Below are positions 15,867-24,865 of a stretch of 32,000 nucleotides of DNA, piece after piece. Origin of the DNA: Methanobacterium sp. Lineage in GTDB: Archaea; Methanobacteriota; Methanobacteria; Methanobacteriales; Methanobacteriaceae. Where the stretch lies: positions 19,213-51,212 of the forward strand of contig JAHRFX010000006.1 of assembly GCA_019084405.1 (NCBI GenBank). Reading direction: 5' to 3'. The notes beneath the pieces are model-generated. The model had not been told where the DNA came from. It ran no database searches and saw nothing but the letters and a program-made list of their open reading frames with translations. Made by a program: the position numbers and the translations under genes. Within the stretch, counting starts at the first letter, position 1. Every line of letters starts with the position of its first letter.

Positions 15867-16937
15867 TTATCTAAACTTAGAACGGGCCTTCCCTATCTTA
15901 TTAAAAGTAGACCATCCTGATTTAGAAGTCCCTTCCACCCTGAAATTATTAACCAGATTGACAAATTTATCTACAGCTACTTCTGCATCTTTAATCAGGT
16001 TTTTAGATTGTGGTTTATCCACAGTAGATAAAGTGTGAGGTATATCATCTATATCCACCACCGGAATTCCCATATCCCGGGCCAGATCCACACTGGAGTG
16101 CTCATGGTGGAAACCCTTTATTTTGATAGAGGAAACCTCTAAAACCCCTGCTTCCAGGGTGATGCCCATACCCGCCCCATATACCATAGCCTGGCAGGAT
16201 TTCATAATGGAGGGTAAATCCACAAATCCATCCACCACTTTAATTAAAGGGGACTTGACCATTTTTCTTACCTGTAGCGAATTAAAGCGAAAGGGAACAA
16301 TTAATACGGGTTTTTCTAATGATTCCATGGTTTTTATAAGCCCTGGGATATCGCTTCCTTTTAAATCCCCCCCTAAGGCAAGTAAGATAAAATCATCCAT
16401 GTGGTAAGTATTTTTAACATCTTCTGAGTTTTTTAAAGTCATCTGATTAATGTAAGAGGCCAGCGGGTATCCTCCAATATTTTCAATATTTTTAAGGAGG
16501 TAGTTATCTTCCAGGTATTTCTTATACTTATTAGAAGGGGCGGTGACCTGGTTAGCAAAGGCAATCATTTCTATAGGGTTGTATATATCCTGTTCCAGGT
16601 GTAGAACTGGTATTCTTAAAATATTAGCAGCAGATATTCCCTTTCTAACATCCCCCGCATTGCCACAGGTTAAAATAAGGTCAATATTTTTCCCTTTTAA
16701 GGCCTTTACTGCCTTTAAAGTGTCCCCGGCTACCAGATATGCGATATGGGTTCGGGATCTTTTTTGGAGTGAATTGCCCCGGCCACTCCCTATGGGATAA
16801 ATCTGGCTGCAAAATGGCTTTAAAATTTCAGCTGCTCCGGGACCATGACTTAAACCCAGGCATTCAACTTCCAGTTTTTCTAAAATAGGGGCCAGGGTCC
16901 GGGCAGGAGCAGCTTCAGCAGCCACTGCTATTTTCAT
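15867..16937 (-). CDS. GT-B-fold glycosyltransferase-like protein (MurG/GT28-like), uncertain
   Basis: 356 aa with a two-Rossmann-like layout. The N-terminus is MKIAVAAEAAPARTLAPIL and the C-terminal half has VYGAGMGITLEAGVLEVSS...HHEHSSVDLARDMGIPVV, reminiscent of the MurG donor-binding region. Its start overlaps the stop of the upstream membrane-protein gene by 4 nt (ATGA). The assignment is weak. Confidence 0.4.
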   Translation of the reverse strand: MKIAVAAEAAPARTLAPILEKLEVECLGLSHGPGAAEILKPFCSQIYPIGSGRGNSLQKRSRTHIAYLVAGDTLKAVKALKGKNIDLILTCGNAGDVRKGISAANILRIPVLHLEQDIYNPIEMIAFANQVTAPSNKYKKYLEDNYLLKNIENIGGYPLASYINQMTLKNSEDVKNTYHMDDFILLALGGDLKGSDIPGLIKTMESLEKPVLIVPFRFNSLQVRKMVKSPLIKVVDGFVDLPSIMKSCQAMVYGAGMGITLEAGVLEVSSIKIKGFHHEHSSVDLARDMGIPVVDIDDIPHTLSTVDKPQSKNLIKDAEVAVDKFVNLVNNFRVEGTSKSGWSTFNKIGKARSKFR

Positions 16938-18100
16938 AAATTATCCCCGGAAGTTTTTTCAAGAAAATGATCTTTACGATTGTAGGCAAAAATAAGATAT
17001 ATCATCAGCCCCAGGGCCATTAAAAAGAATATCCATACCACCAAATCTGTGGGTCCGGTCTCAATCCAGACCAGGGTCTGGGCCATCAGGATCCCATAGA
17101 ATGCGGTGAAGATTCCTTTTTTATATTTTTGCAGGGTGTGCATAATTTTTAATATTCCACCTAAAAGAAACATCTGCAGGGCCAGGGCCAGATTTCCATA
17201 GTCCAGTAAGGCCGGTCCAAAGATGGTAGATGTGGTGGAGTGCCGGTAACCCAGCACCACTTCCCCTACCAGGGCCCGGGGATCTGCAGCCTGGAAGTAA
17301 CCAGTAAGAGTGTAATAAAATACTGACCCTTGAGTGGAACCTTTAAGAGGTAAAAGCTGGTCAAATACGCTTAAAGTATAACCTGCCCGGTAAAAAAATA
17401 GTTCCAAAGGATTTAAAGTCCATTGTTGCCATTCAATTGCCTGGACCGCCACATAACCCACCAGGAGACCCGAAATTAATAGAAATGCGGCAAATAACAG
17501 GATATGGGTGGCCTGGAATTTACGGGTGTAGTAGAGGGTAATAAATGATGATAATAAAATGACAATGGGAGTGGTGCGATAACCAGTAAGGGCAAATAAA
17601 AATATTCCCAACCCCAGTAAAAGGTAATATGATTTTTTAGGGTAAATAGCCAGTAACATATTAATTCCAGGTAGAAATAAGACATAAGATAAAAGCCACA
17701 CCCTGGTAACGGAACTGGCCTTTAAGTATCCACTTAAAATGGGAATACCTCCAGAAGAATAAATGTTCCAGAATTGAAAGATTAATCCTATTACAACCAC
17801 CAGGAGGAGTACCTTCTCACCAGGATACTTCTTAATGGTTAATTCTTTCGACTTTTCTAAAAACTCCTTAAATCCCCTATATTTAAAACCATTATAAATA
17901 ATAAAAGGTAGTAGAATGCCCAGTAGATAGAATAGAGACCCATATAAGAAATAGAAATAAACATTATTAGAAGGTGGTTCCAGGCCCTGGATCTGGTAAT
18001 TAAAGGCAGTTAAAGCCAGTAAAAGGTACAGTGCTATCCCCACCAGAACCAGATAAGGGGAGAAGATATCTATTTTGTTAAAAGTGGATTTTAGATTCAT
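16934..18100 (-). CDS. Polytopic membrane protein, oligosaccharide repeat-unit polymerase (Wzy)-like
   Basis: 388 aa with about 10-11 TM segments and an aromatic-rich composition. The N-terminus (..IDIFSPYLVLVGIALYLL) resembles archaeal/bacterial repeat-unit polymerases. It is translationally coupled to the GT-like gene. Confidence 0.55.
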   Translation of the reverse strand: MNLKSTFNKIDIFSPYLVLVGIALYLLLALTAFNYQIQGLEPPSNNVYFYFLYGSLFYLLGILLPFIIYNGFKYRGFKEFLEKSKELTIKKYPGEKVLLLVVVIGLIFQFWNIYSSGGIPILSGYLKASSVTRVWLLSYVLFLPGINMLLAIYPKKSYYLLLGLGIFLFALTGYRTTPIVILLSSFITLYYTRKFQATHILLFAAFLLISGLLVGYVAVQAIEWQQWTLNPLELFFYRAGYTLSVFDQLLPLKGSTQGSVFYYTLTGYFQAADPRALVGEVVLGYRHSTTSTIFGPALLDYGNLALALQMFLLGGILKIMHTLQKYKKGIFTAFYGILMAQTLVWIETGPTDLVVWIFFLMALGLMIYLIFAYNRKDHFLEKTSGDNL

Positions 18101-18147
18101 TTAATCGCATCTTATAATAATTATTTAGAAACCAGATTATAACTTAT

Positions 18148-19494
18148 TTAAAGTTCAGCAGCATTTCGGGTGAAGTTAGATGCAAATCCTGGACAGGCCG
18201 CGGCATGAGTATGCACATAACTGGCCAGGGCATTTTTATCAATTAAACCGTCTTTAGAGTTTGTTATTCCCTTTCCCCTTAATATTTCAAAGGCAAATCC
18301 TGATTCACCAGATAGTTTAATCCGGGAATAGTGGAATTCATGCCCCCGGAACACATCCCCTTTCTGGGTGATGATGTTATCTTTCTGAGCCTGGGCTATA
18401 ACATAACTGAGTCCCTGTACATGAGAAGTCATCTCTGCCGGGTAAGGGAACACTCCACACATCTTATGCTGGTTAATGGAATCCATGAGGTACATTAATC
18501 CCCCGCATTCAGCGTAGATGGGTCGGTTTTCCTGGTGGAATTTTCGGATGGAATTCCGCATGGAATGGTTGGCCTCCAGTTCCCGGGAGAATATCTCAGG
18601 GTATCCTCCTCCAATGTAGATTGCATCCACATCTGGTAATTCCGGATCATGGTAAGGGCTAAAAGGCACTATGCGGGCATTATTATCCTGGAGTGATTCC
18701 AGGTTTTCCTGATAATAGAAGGTGAAGATTTCATCCAGGGCCACCCCGATTTTCACCCCCGGGCCCTTTTCTTTTTTCCAGAGTTCCTCCTGGTGAGAGG
18801 GTATTTTGCCGGCGTTTTTCATGATATCCTGCAGGGCATCCAGGTCTATATTTTCCTGCACCACCTGGCTCCATTTATCAATAAATATCTTCAAATTTTC
18901 TCTTTCCACCGCCGGTACCAGTCCCAGGTGCCTTTGTTCCACCGTTAAATCTGGGCTGCGAGGGATGCCACCAATGACCCTGGTACAGGTAAGGGTTTCC
19001 ACTGCTTCTTTGGCCTTTAGATAATGGCGTTTATTTTTAACCTGGTTTAAGATAACTCCCTCAATTTTAATAGAAGGGTCCAGGTTCTTAAATCCCAGTA
19101 CCACTGCTGCTGCACTTTTAACCAGGCTGCGAGCATTCATAATAAGAACCACCGGCGCATTCAGGGCCTTGGCAATGGATGCCGTATTTCCCACATCTTC
19201 TATGGGGCTGATCCCCTCATAAAGACCCCGGACCCCTTCAATTATGCCTGCTTTAGAGTTAGAAGATTTTAATCCCTGGGTGAACGCTTTTCTTATCTGT
19301 CCTTCGGACATAAAAAATGAATCCAGGTTTCTGGATTTGTTTCCAGCAGCCAGGGTATGATAGGTGGGATCAATGTAATCCGGGCCCACTTTAAAGGGCT
19401 GAATATTCATTTCTTCAGCTAATGCTTTCATTATTCCAGTGGAAATTGTAGTTTTCCCTACGGCACTTCCAGTACCGGCCAGCACTATTCTCAT
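18148..19494 (-). CDS. a,c-diamide synthase of the CbiA/CfbB family (cobyrinate or Ni-sirohydrochlorin)
   Basis: Has the N-terminal P-loop [27 protein letters not shown], and a C-terminal class-I GATase region ([14 protein letters not shown]). 448 aa. I cannot tell CbiA (B12) from CfbB (F430) by eye. Confidence 0.85.
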   Translation of the reverse strand: MRIVLAGTGSAVGKTTISTGIMKALAEEMNIQPFKVGPDYIDPTYHTLAAGNKSRNLDSFFMSEGQIRKAFTQGLKSSNSKAGIIEGVRGLYEGISPIEDVGNTASIAKALNAPVVLIMNARSLVKSAAAVVLGFKNLDPSIKIEGVILNQVKNKRHYLKAKEAVETLTCTRVIGGIPRSPDLTVEQRHLGLVPAVERENLKIFIDKWSQVVQENIDLDALQDIMKNAGKIPSHQEELWKKEKGPGVKIGVALDEIFTFYYQENLESLQDNNARIVPFSPYHDPELPDVDAIYIGGGYPEIFSRELEANHSMRNSIRKFHQENRPIYAECGGLMYLMDSINQHKMCGVFPYPAEMTSHVQGLSYVIAQAQKDNIITQKGDVFRGHEFHYSRIKLSGESGFAFEILRGKGITNSKDGLIDKNALASYVHTHAAACPGFASNFTRNAAEL

Positions 19495-19618
19495 GGTTAA
19501 TAATCATAGCCCATTTTATTTAAGATTTGGTTATTATAAAAAAATAAAATCCAGGAATAATACTTTTCACCTCCTGGGCAAAAGGAGTTATAAGGCCAGC
19601 AAAATAAAATATTAATTA

Positions 19619-20734
19619 ATGAATACCATGCGCAAGATGCAGGTCCTTAGTGATTCTGCCCAGTATGACCTCTGCGATTATGTGAATCACCACACCAGTT
19701 CTTCAGCTAATCTACCAGGAATATACCACAGCACCGTCGGTTCAGGATGTAAAATACCTCTTTTTAAGGTTTTAATGACCAACAAATGCTGTAATGATTG
19801 TAAGTACTGTATCAATAACAGTAAAAGAAATTTCACCCGCATAGAGTTAACTCCCCGTGAGTTAACCCGGGTTTTTCTCAATTACTATCAAAAAAAATAC
19901 GTGGATGGTTTGTTTTTAAGTTCCGGGATTTCAGGAGATATAGATTCTTCCATGGAAAAGATGGTGGAGGTAGCCCGAATACTCCGCCGGGAACATGGAT
20001 ACCAGGACTACATCCACCTTAAGATCATTCCCGGAACCTCCCGGGACATAATTAAAAGGGCCATGGGCCTGGCTGATAGGGTGAGTGTTAATATTGAAGC
20101 AGCCACACCTTCCGGTCTATCTGAGATTAGCTCCACCAAGGATTATCATAAGGACATCCTCCGGCGCTTGAAGTGGATACGGTCTATACATAAAAAAAAT
20201 CTGGAGTGCGCCCCCTCTGGTCAGACCACCCAGCTTATTGTAGGGGCCAATGATGAAAGTGATGCAGATATTCTAAAAAGGGTGAAATGGCTTTATGATA
20301 AGATGGATGTAAGGAGAAGTTATTTCAGTACATTCCAACCCTTAGAAGAAACCCCTCTGGAAAATAGACCAGGTGGTAATCCAATCCGTTCTTCAAGGCT
20401 TTATCAGGCGGATGCACTCCTGAATTCCTATAAATTTAAGGTGGATGAATTAATTTTCCAGGAAGATGGACTCCTGGATTCTACTTTAGACCCTAAATAT
20501 AATGCGGCCATAAATATGGATATTTTTCCGGTGGAAGTTAACCAGGGGCCTTATCAGGATTTAATCCGGGTCCCAGGAATAGGCCCCTTATCTGCCCGGA
20601 GAATAATCTCCATTAGAAAAAAATATCCCTTTAAAAAATTAGAAGAATTAAAAAGAATCGGAGTGGTGGTGCACCGTGCAGAGCCCTTTATCAAACTGGA
20701 AGGAAATTACCAGTCCTCTCTGGATAGTTTCTAA
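19619..20734 (+). CDS. Radical SAM protein with C-terminal helix-hairpin-helix (putative DNA modification/repair radical SAM family)
   Basis: The N-terminus is LSDSAQYDLC and the radical SAM motif is FKVLMTNKCCNDCKYC (Cx3Cx2C). The C-terminal HhH is LIRVPGIGPLSARRIISIR. The pattern matches my recollection of the TIGR03916-type family. Confidence 0.78.
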   Translation: MNTMRKMQVLSDSAQYDLCDYVNHHTSSSANLPGIYHSTVGSGCKIPLFKVLMTNKCCNDCKYCINNSKRNFTRIELTPRELTRVFLNYYQKKYVDGLFLSSGISGDIDSSMEKMVEVARILRREHGYQDYIHLKIIPGTSRDIIKRAMGLADRVSVNIEAATPSGLSEISSTKDYHKDILRRLKWIRSIHKKNLECAPSGQTTQLIVGANDESDADILKRVKWLYDKMDVRRSYFSTFQPLEETPLENRPGGNPIRSSRLYQADALLNSYKFKVDELIFQEDGLLDSTLDPKYNAAINMDIFPVEVNQGPYQDLIRVPGIGPLSARRIISIRKKYPFKKLEELKRIGVVVHRAEPFIKLEGNYQSSLDSF

Positions 20735-20774
20735 GGGTTTGAATAGTTTTTAGAGTCTGAATAGTTTCTAAAGG
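20721..20774. repeat. Three imperfect ~17-bp direct repeats (period 18-19 bp) between the convergent radical-SAM and mini-ParB genes
   Basis: TGGATAGTTTCTAAGGG (20721-20737), TGAATAGTTTTTAGAGT (20740-20756), TGAATAGTTTCTAAAGG (20758-20774). Copies 1 and 3 match at 15/17; copies 2 and 3 at 14/17. Copy 1 covers the stop codon at 20732-20734. Confidence 0.85.
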
Positions 20775-20782
20775 TAAATAAT

Positions 20783-21136
20783 TTATATCTCTGAGAACAT
20801 CTCCCAGATTTCCGGGTACTTCTCCTGGACTGCGTCTTCTATTAGCCTGGAGGCTTCTTTACTGATACTAAATTCTGGACGAGTTTTTTTAAGGTAACGT
20901 AGAACTGCTGCTGATCGGGCGGACCATAAAGTTATCCGTGGATTTTTTTTAACTTCCATGGTCACCACATTCAGGTTTGAATCATCATCAGGACCCTGAG
21001 ATACTTTTTTATCCTTTTTTTCAGGTTTTTCCTGAGGGGATAGTGCTTCACTTTCTGGTTTGTCCCTGGTTTTGGATTTAATTAAGGCCTCCAGCCCCAT
21101 TCCCAACCCGGCATTTTTAGTTTTTTTCCGGGACAT
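20783..21136 (-). CDS. 117-aa ParA partner: ParB N-terminal box plus a charged linker plus a small C-terminal (RHH-like?) domain; SegB-like candidate
   Basis: Its ATG overlaps the parA stop (TAATG), and a GGAGGAGG SD sits inside the parA 3' end. The N-terminus is MSRKKTKNAGLGMGLEALIKSK, matching the ParB/Spo0J box GLGrGLdALl. Residues ~25-60 are K/E/P/D-rich. The C-terminus PRITLWSARSAAVLRYLKKTRPEFSISKEASRLIEDAVQEKY fits a strand-helix-helix pattern. Confidence 0.55.
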   Translation of the reverse strand: MSRKKTKNAGLGMGLEALIKSKTRDKPESEALSPQEKPEKKDKKVSQGPDDDSNLNVVTMEVKKNPRITLWSARSAAVLRYLKKTRPEFSISKEASRLIEDAVQEKYPEIWEMFSEI

Positions 21137-21909
21137 TATTCCTCCTCCCGTTTAAGAAGTTCCTGGGCCAGTTTCATATAAGAAATGGTACCACTACTCT
21201 CCTGGTCATAAAGTATGCAGGGTTTTCCATAACTGGGGGCCTCAGCTAAACGTACATTACGAGGTATGGTGGTTTTAAATATGTACTCCCTCTCACCAAA
21301 GAAGTTTTTAACCTCCTGGTGAACATCCCGACCCAACCGGGTCCGGGAATCATAAAGTGTCATTAAAATACCTTTAATAGGAGATGGACTCTGCAAACGC
21401 TCTTCAATAAGATTCATGGTTTTAATTAAATCAGCCATTCCCTCCAAGGAATAGTACTCCGCCTGTATTGGTATAATAACACTATCAGAGGCCACCAGAG
21501 CATTCAAGGTTAGAATGCCCAGGGAGGGAGGTACATCAATCAGTATGTAGTCAAAAAGATCCTTCACCTCTTTTAAGGTCTCTTCTAAAATGGAATGATA
21601 GCCTATTTCTCTACTCAGTTCCACTTCCGCCCCAGAAAGGGCGATATTACTGGGTAAGATATAGAGACCCTCCACCATGGTGGGGAGTATGGCCTCCGGG
21701 GTGGTGTCTTTACGGCTGAGAACCGTGTATATAGTTTTTTCCAGGTCCGCTTTTTGAATACCAAAACCGGTGGTGGCATTGCCCTGAGGGTCCATGTCAA
21801 TTAGCAGTACCTTTTTATCTAACAGGGCCAGTGCAGTGGATAGATTCACCGCGGTGGTAGTTTTACCACAGCCCCCCTTTTGATTTATTATTGAAATTAT
21901 TTCTCCCAT
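21136..21909 (-). CDS. parA: ParA/Soj-family partition ATPase
   Basis: Has the deviant Walker A IINQKGGCGKTTTAVNL, then LLIDMDPQGNAT, the Walker B-like region YILIDVPPSLG, and the C-terminal IPRNVRLAEAPSYGKP. 257 aa, similar to Soj along its whole length. Confidence 0.9.
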   Translation of the reverse strand: MGEIISIINQKGGCGKTTTAVNLSTALALLDKKVLLIDMDPQGNATTGFGIQKADLEKTIYTVLSRKDTTPEAILPTMVEGLYILPSNIALSGAEVELSREIGYHSILEETLKEVKDLFDYILIDVPPSLGILTLNALVASDSVIIPIQAEYYSLEGMADLIKTMNLIEERLQSPSPIKGILMTLYDSRTRLGRDVHQEVKNFFGEREYIFKTTIPRNVRLAEAPSYGKPCILYDQESSGTISYMKLAQELLKREEE

Positions 21910-21950
21910 CTAAAAATACCTCCCCTGTAATCAATTTATAGAATATATTT

Positions 21951-22004
21951 TTAATTATAAGTTATAAGTTTTTTCTAATAACTTATAAGTTATAACTTAT
22001 AAGA
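21951..22004. repeat. Seven in-phase heptads (TTATAAG/TTATAAC type) upstream of parA, with 16-bp and 22-bp perfect palindromes
   Basis: Heptads start at 21955, 21962, 21969, 21976, 21983, 21990 and 21997. They read TTATAAG, TTATAAG, TTTTTTC, TAATAAC, TTATAAG, TTATAAC, TTATAAG. ATAACTTATAAGTTAT (21978-21993) and CTTATAAGTTATAACTTATAAG (21982-22003) each equal their own reverse complement. Confidence 0.9.
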
Positions 22005-22070
22005 AGAATAATAGTAGATTAAGGTGACAAAATAAATAAAAAAAAGAGAATTTAATTCTTTAAAAAAGAA

Positions 22071-23903
22071 TCAAAATGCTATCCGTTGAGATATTAAAAG
22101 AGGAAGAGGTAGAGCCCGGAAAGGCATATTTTTAGTTTCCTCACGAACCATGACCACCAGACCATCCAGATCTGTGGTCTTTTTTTCCTGAGTTTCACGA
22201 ATATTTATGGTGAGTTTACCACTTTCCACTTCATTATCACCAATAACCGCCACATAGGGAACCCATTCCTGGGCAGCATTCCGGATTTTTTTACCAACCC
22301 GTTCCCCCCGATCATCCACATCCACCCGTATATTCTGATCTTTTAATTTGCGGGCCACATCCAGAGCAAAGTCCAGATGATTTTCAGTTACGGGTAACAC
22401 CCTTATCTGGGTGGGTGAAAGCCATACCGGAAGCATAGGGGCCTTTTCATTCATTTCAATAGCCGTCTTCTCCAGTAAACTACAAATTACCCGTTCAATA
22501 CTCCCGGTAGGACTACAGTGAATAATTATAGGGAATCCTTCCTCTTCGTTTTCTTCCAGATAGGTGATACCGAATCTCTCCCCACTTTCCACATCAATTT
22601 GTATGGTGGGATTTTCAATAGGTCTTCCCAGATAGTCCATAGCAGCAAAGTCCATTTTAGAAATCCAGTAATGTTTTCTCTCAGGTAATATCTCCATTAA
22701 GACCGGTTTACCAATCTTACGGGCAGCCTGATGCATCCAATCCTGGTACTTATCATAGAAATCCGTGGTAGCCCGGAATATCACTTCATAATTTACCTGT
22801 AAATCCACCCCGGTCTGCAGACACATATCAATCTGCCGGTCAAATTCCTCCAGAGATTGTTCCAGATCCCGGCATACTGTATGCAGATCCGGCATGGTGA
22901 ATCCTCTTAGTCTTTTTAATCCAACCACTTCACCTTTTTTCTCCATCCGGAAGCTGTAAGTGGATAGTTCATAAATTCTGGCCGGAAGGTTTTTCCAGGT
23001 CAAAAACGAATCCGATAAAACCCGGAAAGCACCGAAGCAGCAGGCATATCGTAACATTAACTCCTTCTTGTTATTTCCCATACGGTACTGCCGCTCCCCA
23101 AATTTCTCAGCATGCACCCGAATGGCGTCATCAGCCAGGTCATACATAATAGGGGTCTCGACCGGCATGGCTCCTTCTTCTGTAACCAGGAGATATACAT
23201 AGTCCGAGAGTAAATCCCGAATTAATCTACCCTTGGGATACCATCGGAGGTGTCCCACATCAGCTGAAGGTTCATAATCCGCCAAATTTTTCTCCCGCAT
23301 GAGTTTTACATGAGGTGGTTCTTTTCCACTGGACTCGGTCTTTCCCAGTTCATACATGGTTAGTTTGCGCAGTTCCTCATTTTCAAATTTGAAGTCCTCC
23401 GGGGGAGTGAGTTTACCTTCATCCAGGATGTACCATTGGGATTCTTCTTTTTCTTCTTCCTCTTTTTGTGAGGAAACCTTCTGGGTGGTGATGGTCCGGG
23501 ATAATTCAGAAAGGGGATGGCCCTTACAGGATACTTCAAAAGATTTGTACCATCCAAAGGGTGCCCGGGCAACATTGTATCCGTTATTTTTTAATTCTTT
23601 TTCCATTTCCATTAATACTGATTTAGCAGTGTCTGGAGAGCTCAAAGAAGAACTTAAATGAGCATAGGGATATATTACTATGTTTTCAGCTTTTATTTTA
23701 CTAAAAACATCTTCTATTTCTTTTACCACATTTTGCACAATTTCCTGTGGTTTTTCCTCGTCTTCTGCTTCTACCGCAGTGAAAACCACCAGGGAATCGG
23801 TGAAGTATCCTTCCTTTTGATCTTCTCTAAGTTCCTCAGCAATTCGGGTTTTGTTTTTAGTTTGATACTTTAAATAATCAGAATGAATTAACAGTACACG
23901 CAT
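22071..23903 (-). CDS. thrS: Threonyl-tRNA synthetase, archaeal type with N-terminal editing domain
   Basis: The N-terminus [22 protein letters not shown] is the archaeal ThrRS editing-domain start. Class II core motifs and a C-terminal anticodon-binding domain follow. SD GGTGA followed by TTGC precedes the ATG. Confidence 0.92.
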   Translation of the reverse strand: MRVLLIHSDYLKYQTKNKTRIAEELREDQKEGYFTDSLVVFTAVEAEDEEKPQEIVQNVVKEIEDVFSKIKAENIVIYPYAHLSSSLSSPDTAKSVLMEMEKELKNNGYNVARAPFGWYKSFEVSCKGHPLSELSRTITTQKVSSQKEEEEKEESQWYILDEGKLTPPEDFKFENEELRKLTMYELGKTESSGKEPPHVKLMREKNLADYEPSADVGHLRWYPKGRLIRDLLSDYVYLLVTEEGAMPVETPIMYDLADDAIRVHAEKFGERQYRMGNNKKELMLRYACCFGAFRVLSDSFLTWKNLPARIYELSTYSFRMEKKGEVVGLKRLRGFTMPDLHTVCRDLEQSLEEFDRQIDMCLQTGVDLQVNYEVIFRATTDFYDKYQDWMHQAARKIGKPVLMEILPERKHYWISKMDFAAMDYLGRPIENPTIQIDVESGERFGITYLEENEEEGFPIIIHCSPTGSIERVICSLLEKTAIEMNEKAPMLPVWLSPTQIRVLPVTENHLDFALDVARKLKDQNIRVDVDDRGERVGKKIRNAAQEWVPYVAVIGDNEVESGKLTINIRETQEKKTTDLDGLVVMVREETKNMPFRALPLPLLISQRIAF

Positions 23904-24076
23904 GCAATCACCTTAATAAAAATTTGATATAATAATTATTGGTAAGTCCAGATAGAAATATGATTAAATCATATGTGCTACTCTCTTAATTATAAATTAT
24001 ATGGTATAATATTATCCTGGTTTTTAAGTTGATTCCCCTGATGAATTTAATTAAAAAAAATAATTTTTAGTTAAGT

Positions 24077-24865
24077 TTATCCCCGCCGGGGCATATCTTT
24101 TTTCCACATCTCCTCAAATACCTGAGCATAATTTTGGGCTATTTCCTTATACTGATTCCATACCCCAATAGAACTTACCGGTACCGCCTGGTTATCTTCT
24201 GGAGAGAACCTGGAAAAGATTAACATCATTTCCTCTCCATCCCGTACAATCATCTTAACAAAGGGTATCTGATAGGTTCTAACTTCCGCCAAAATCCCGG
24301 AGAGTTCCTGGGCCATATCAACCTTCTGATGATCAAGCATGGTATGGGGAGCAGCCATTATTCTGGTTAAAACCCCTTTTTTAGCTGCCTGGTTAATTTT
24401 TTCAGTTAATAGTTCTATTTCGCCTTTAAACATGAACCCTGCCCGGATATTTATGTTTTGTTTAGCCCTGGAAATAATTTCCAGTTCCTTTTTTATAATC
24501 TTCTCTGGTCCATGTATGAGCCAGATAGGGGCCGGTAGCTGGGAAATCTGGCTTTCGTATATGGCTGTTAGTTCTCTTTCTGCCTCATTCATATCTTCCA
24601 GTAGTCTTTTTTTATTCCTCTGGAATACCTCCAGAGGGGGTACCACTGAATATTTTAAAGGTCTGCCCCTTTCAATTTCCACAAAACCTTTTTTAGCCAT
24701 TTCTTTTAGTATATCATAAATTCGGGATCGAGGCACCTTGGACTGGAGGCTTATCTCGGTGGCAGTTCCAGAAATCATGGAGGTGAGTGCCAGGTAGGTA
24801 CGGGTCTGGTAGTCATTTAATCCCATTATCTGCAGTGCATTCCATGTTTTTTTATCTACTGACAT
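24077..24865 (-). CDS. TrmB-family transcriptional regulator
   Basis: The N-terminal wHTH LQIMGLNDYQTRTYLALTSMISGTATEISLQSKVPRSRIYDILKEMAKKGFVE is a typical TrmB N-domain, followed by a ~150-aa C-terminal effector-like domain. It is divergent from the rubredoxin-hcp unit. Confidence 0.8.
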   Translation of the reverse strand: MSVDKKTWNALQIMGLNDYQTRTYLALTSMISGTATEISLQSKVPRSRIYDILKEMAKKGFVEIERGRPLKYSVVPPLEVFQRNKKRLLEDMNEAERELTAIYESQISQLPAPIWLIHGPEKIIKKELEIISRAKQNINIRAGFMFKGEIELLTEKINQAAKKGVLTRIMAAPHTMLDHQKVDMAQELSGILAEVRTYQIPFVKMIVRDGEEMMLIFSRFSPEDNQAVPVSSIGVWNQYKEIAQNYAQVFEEMWKKDMPRRG

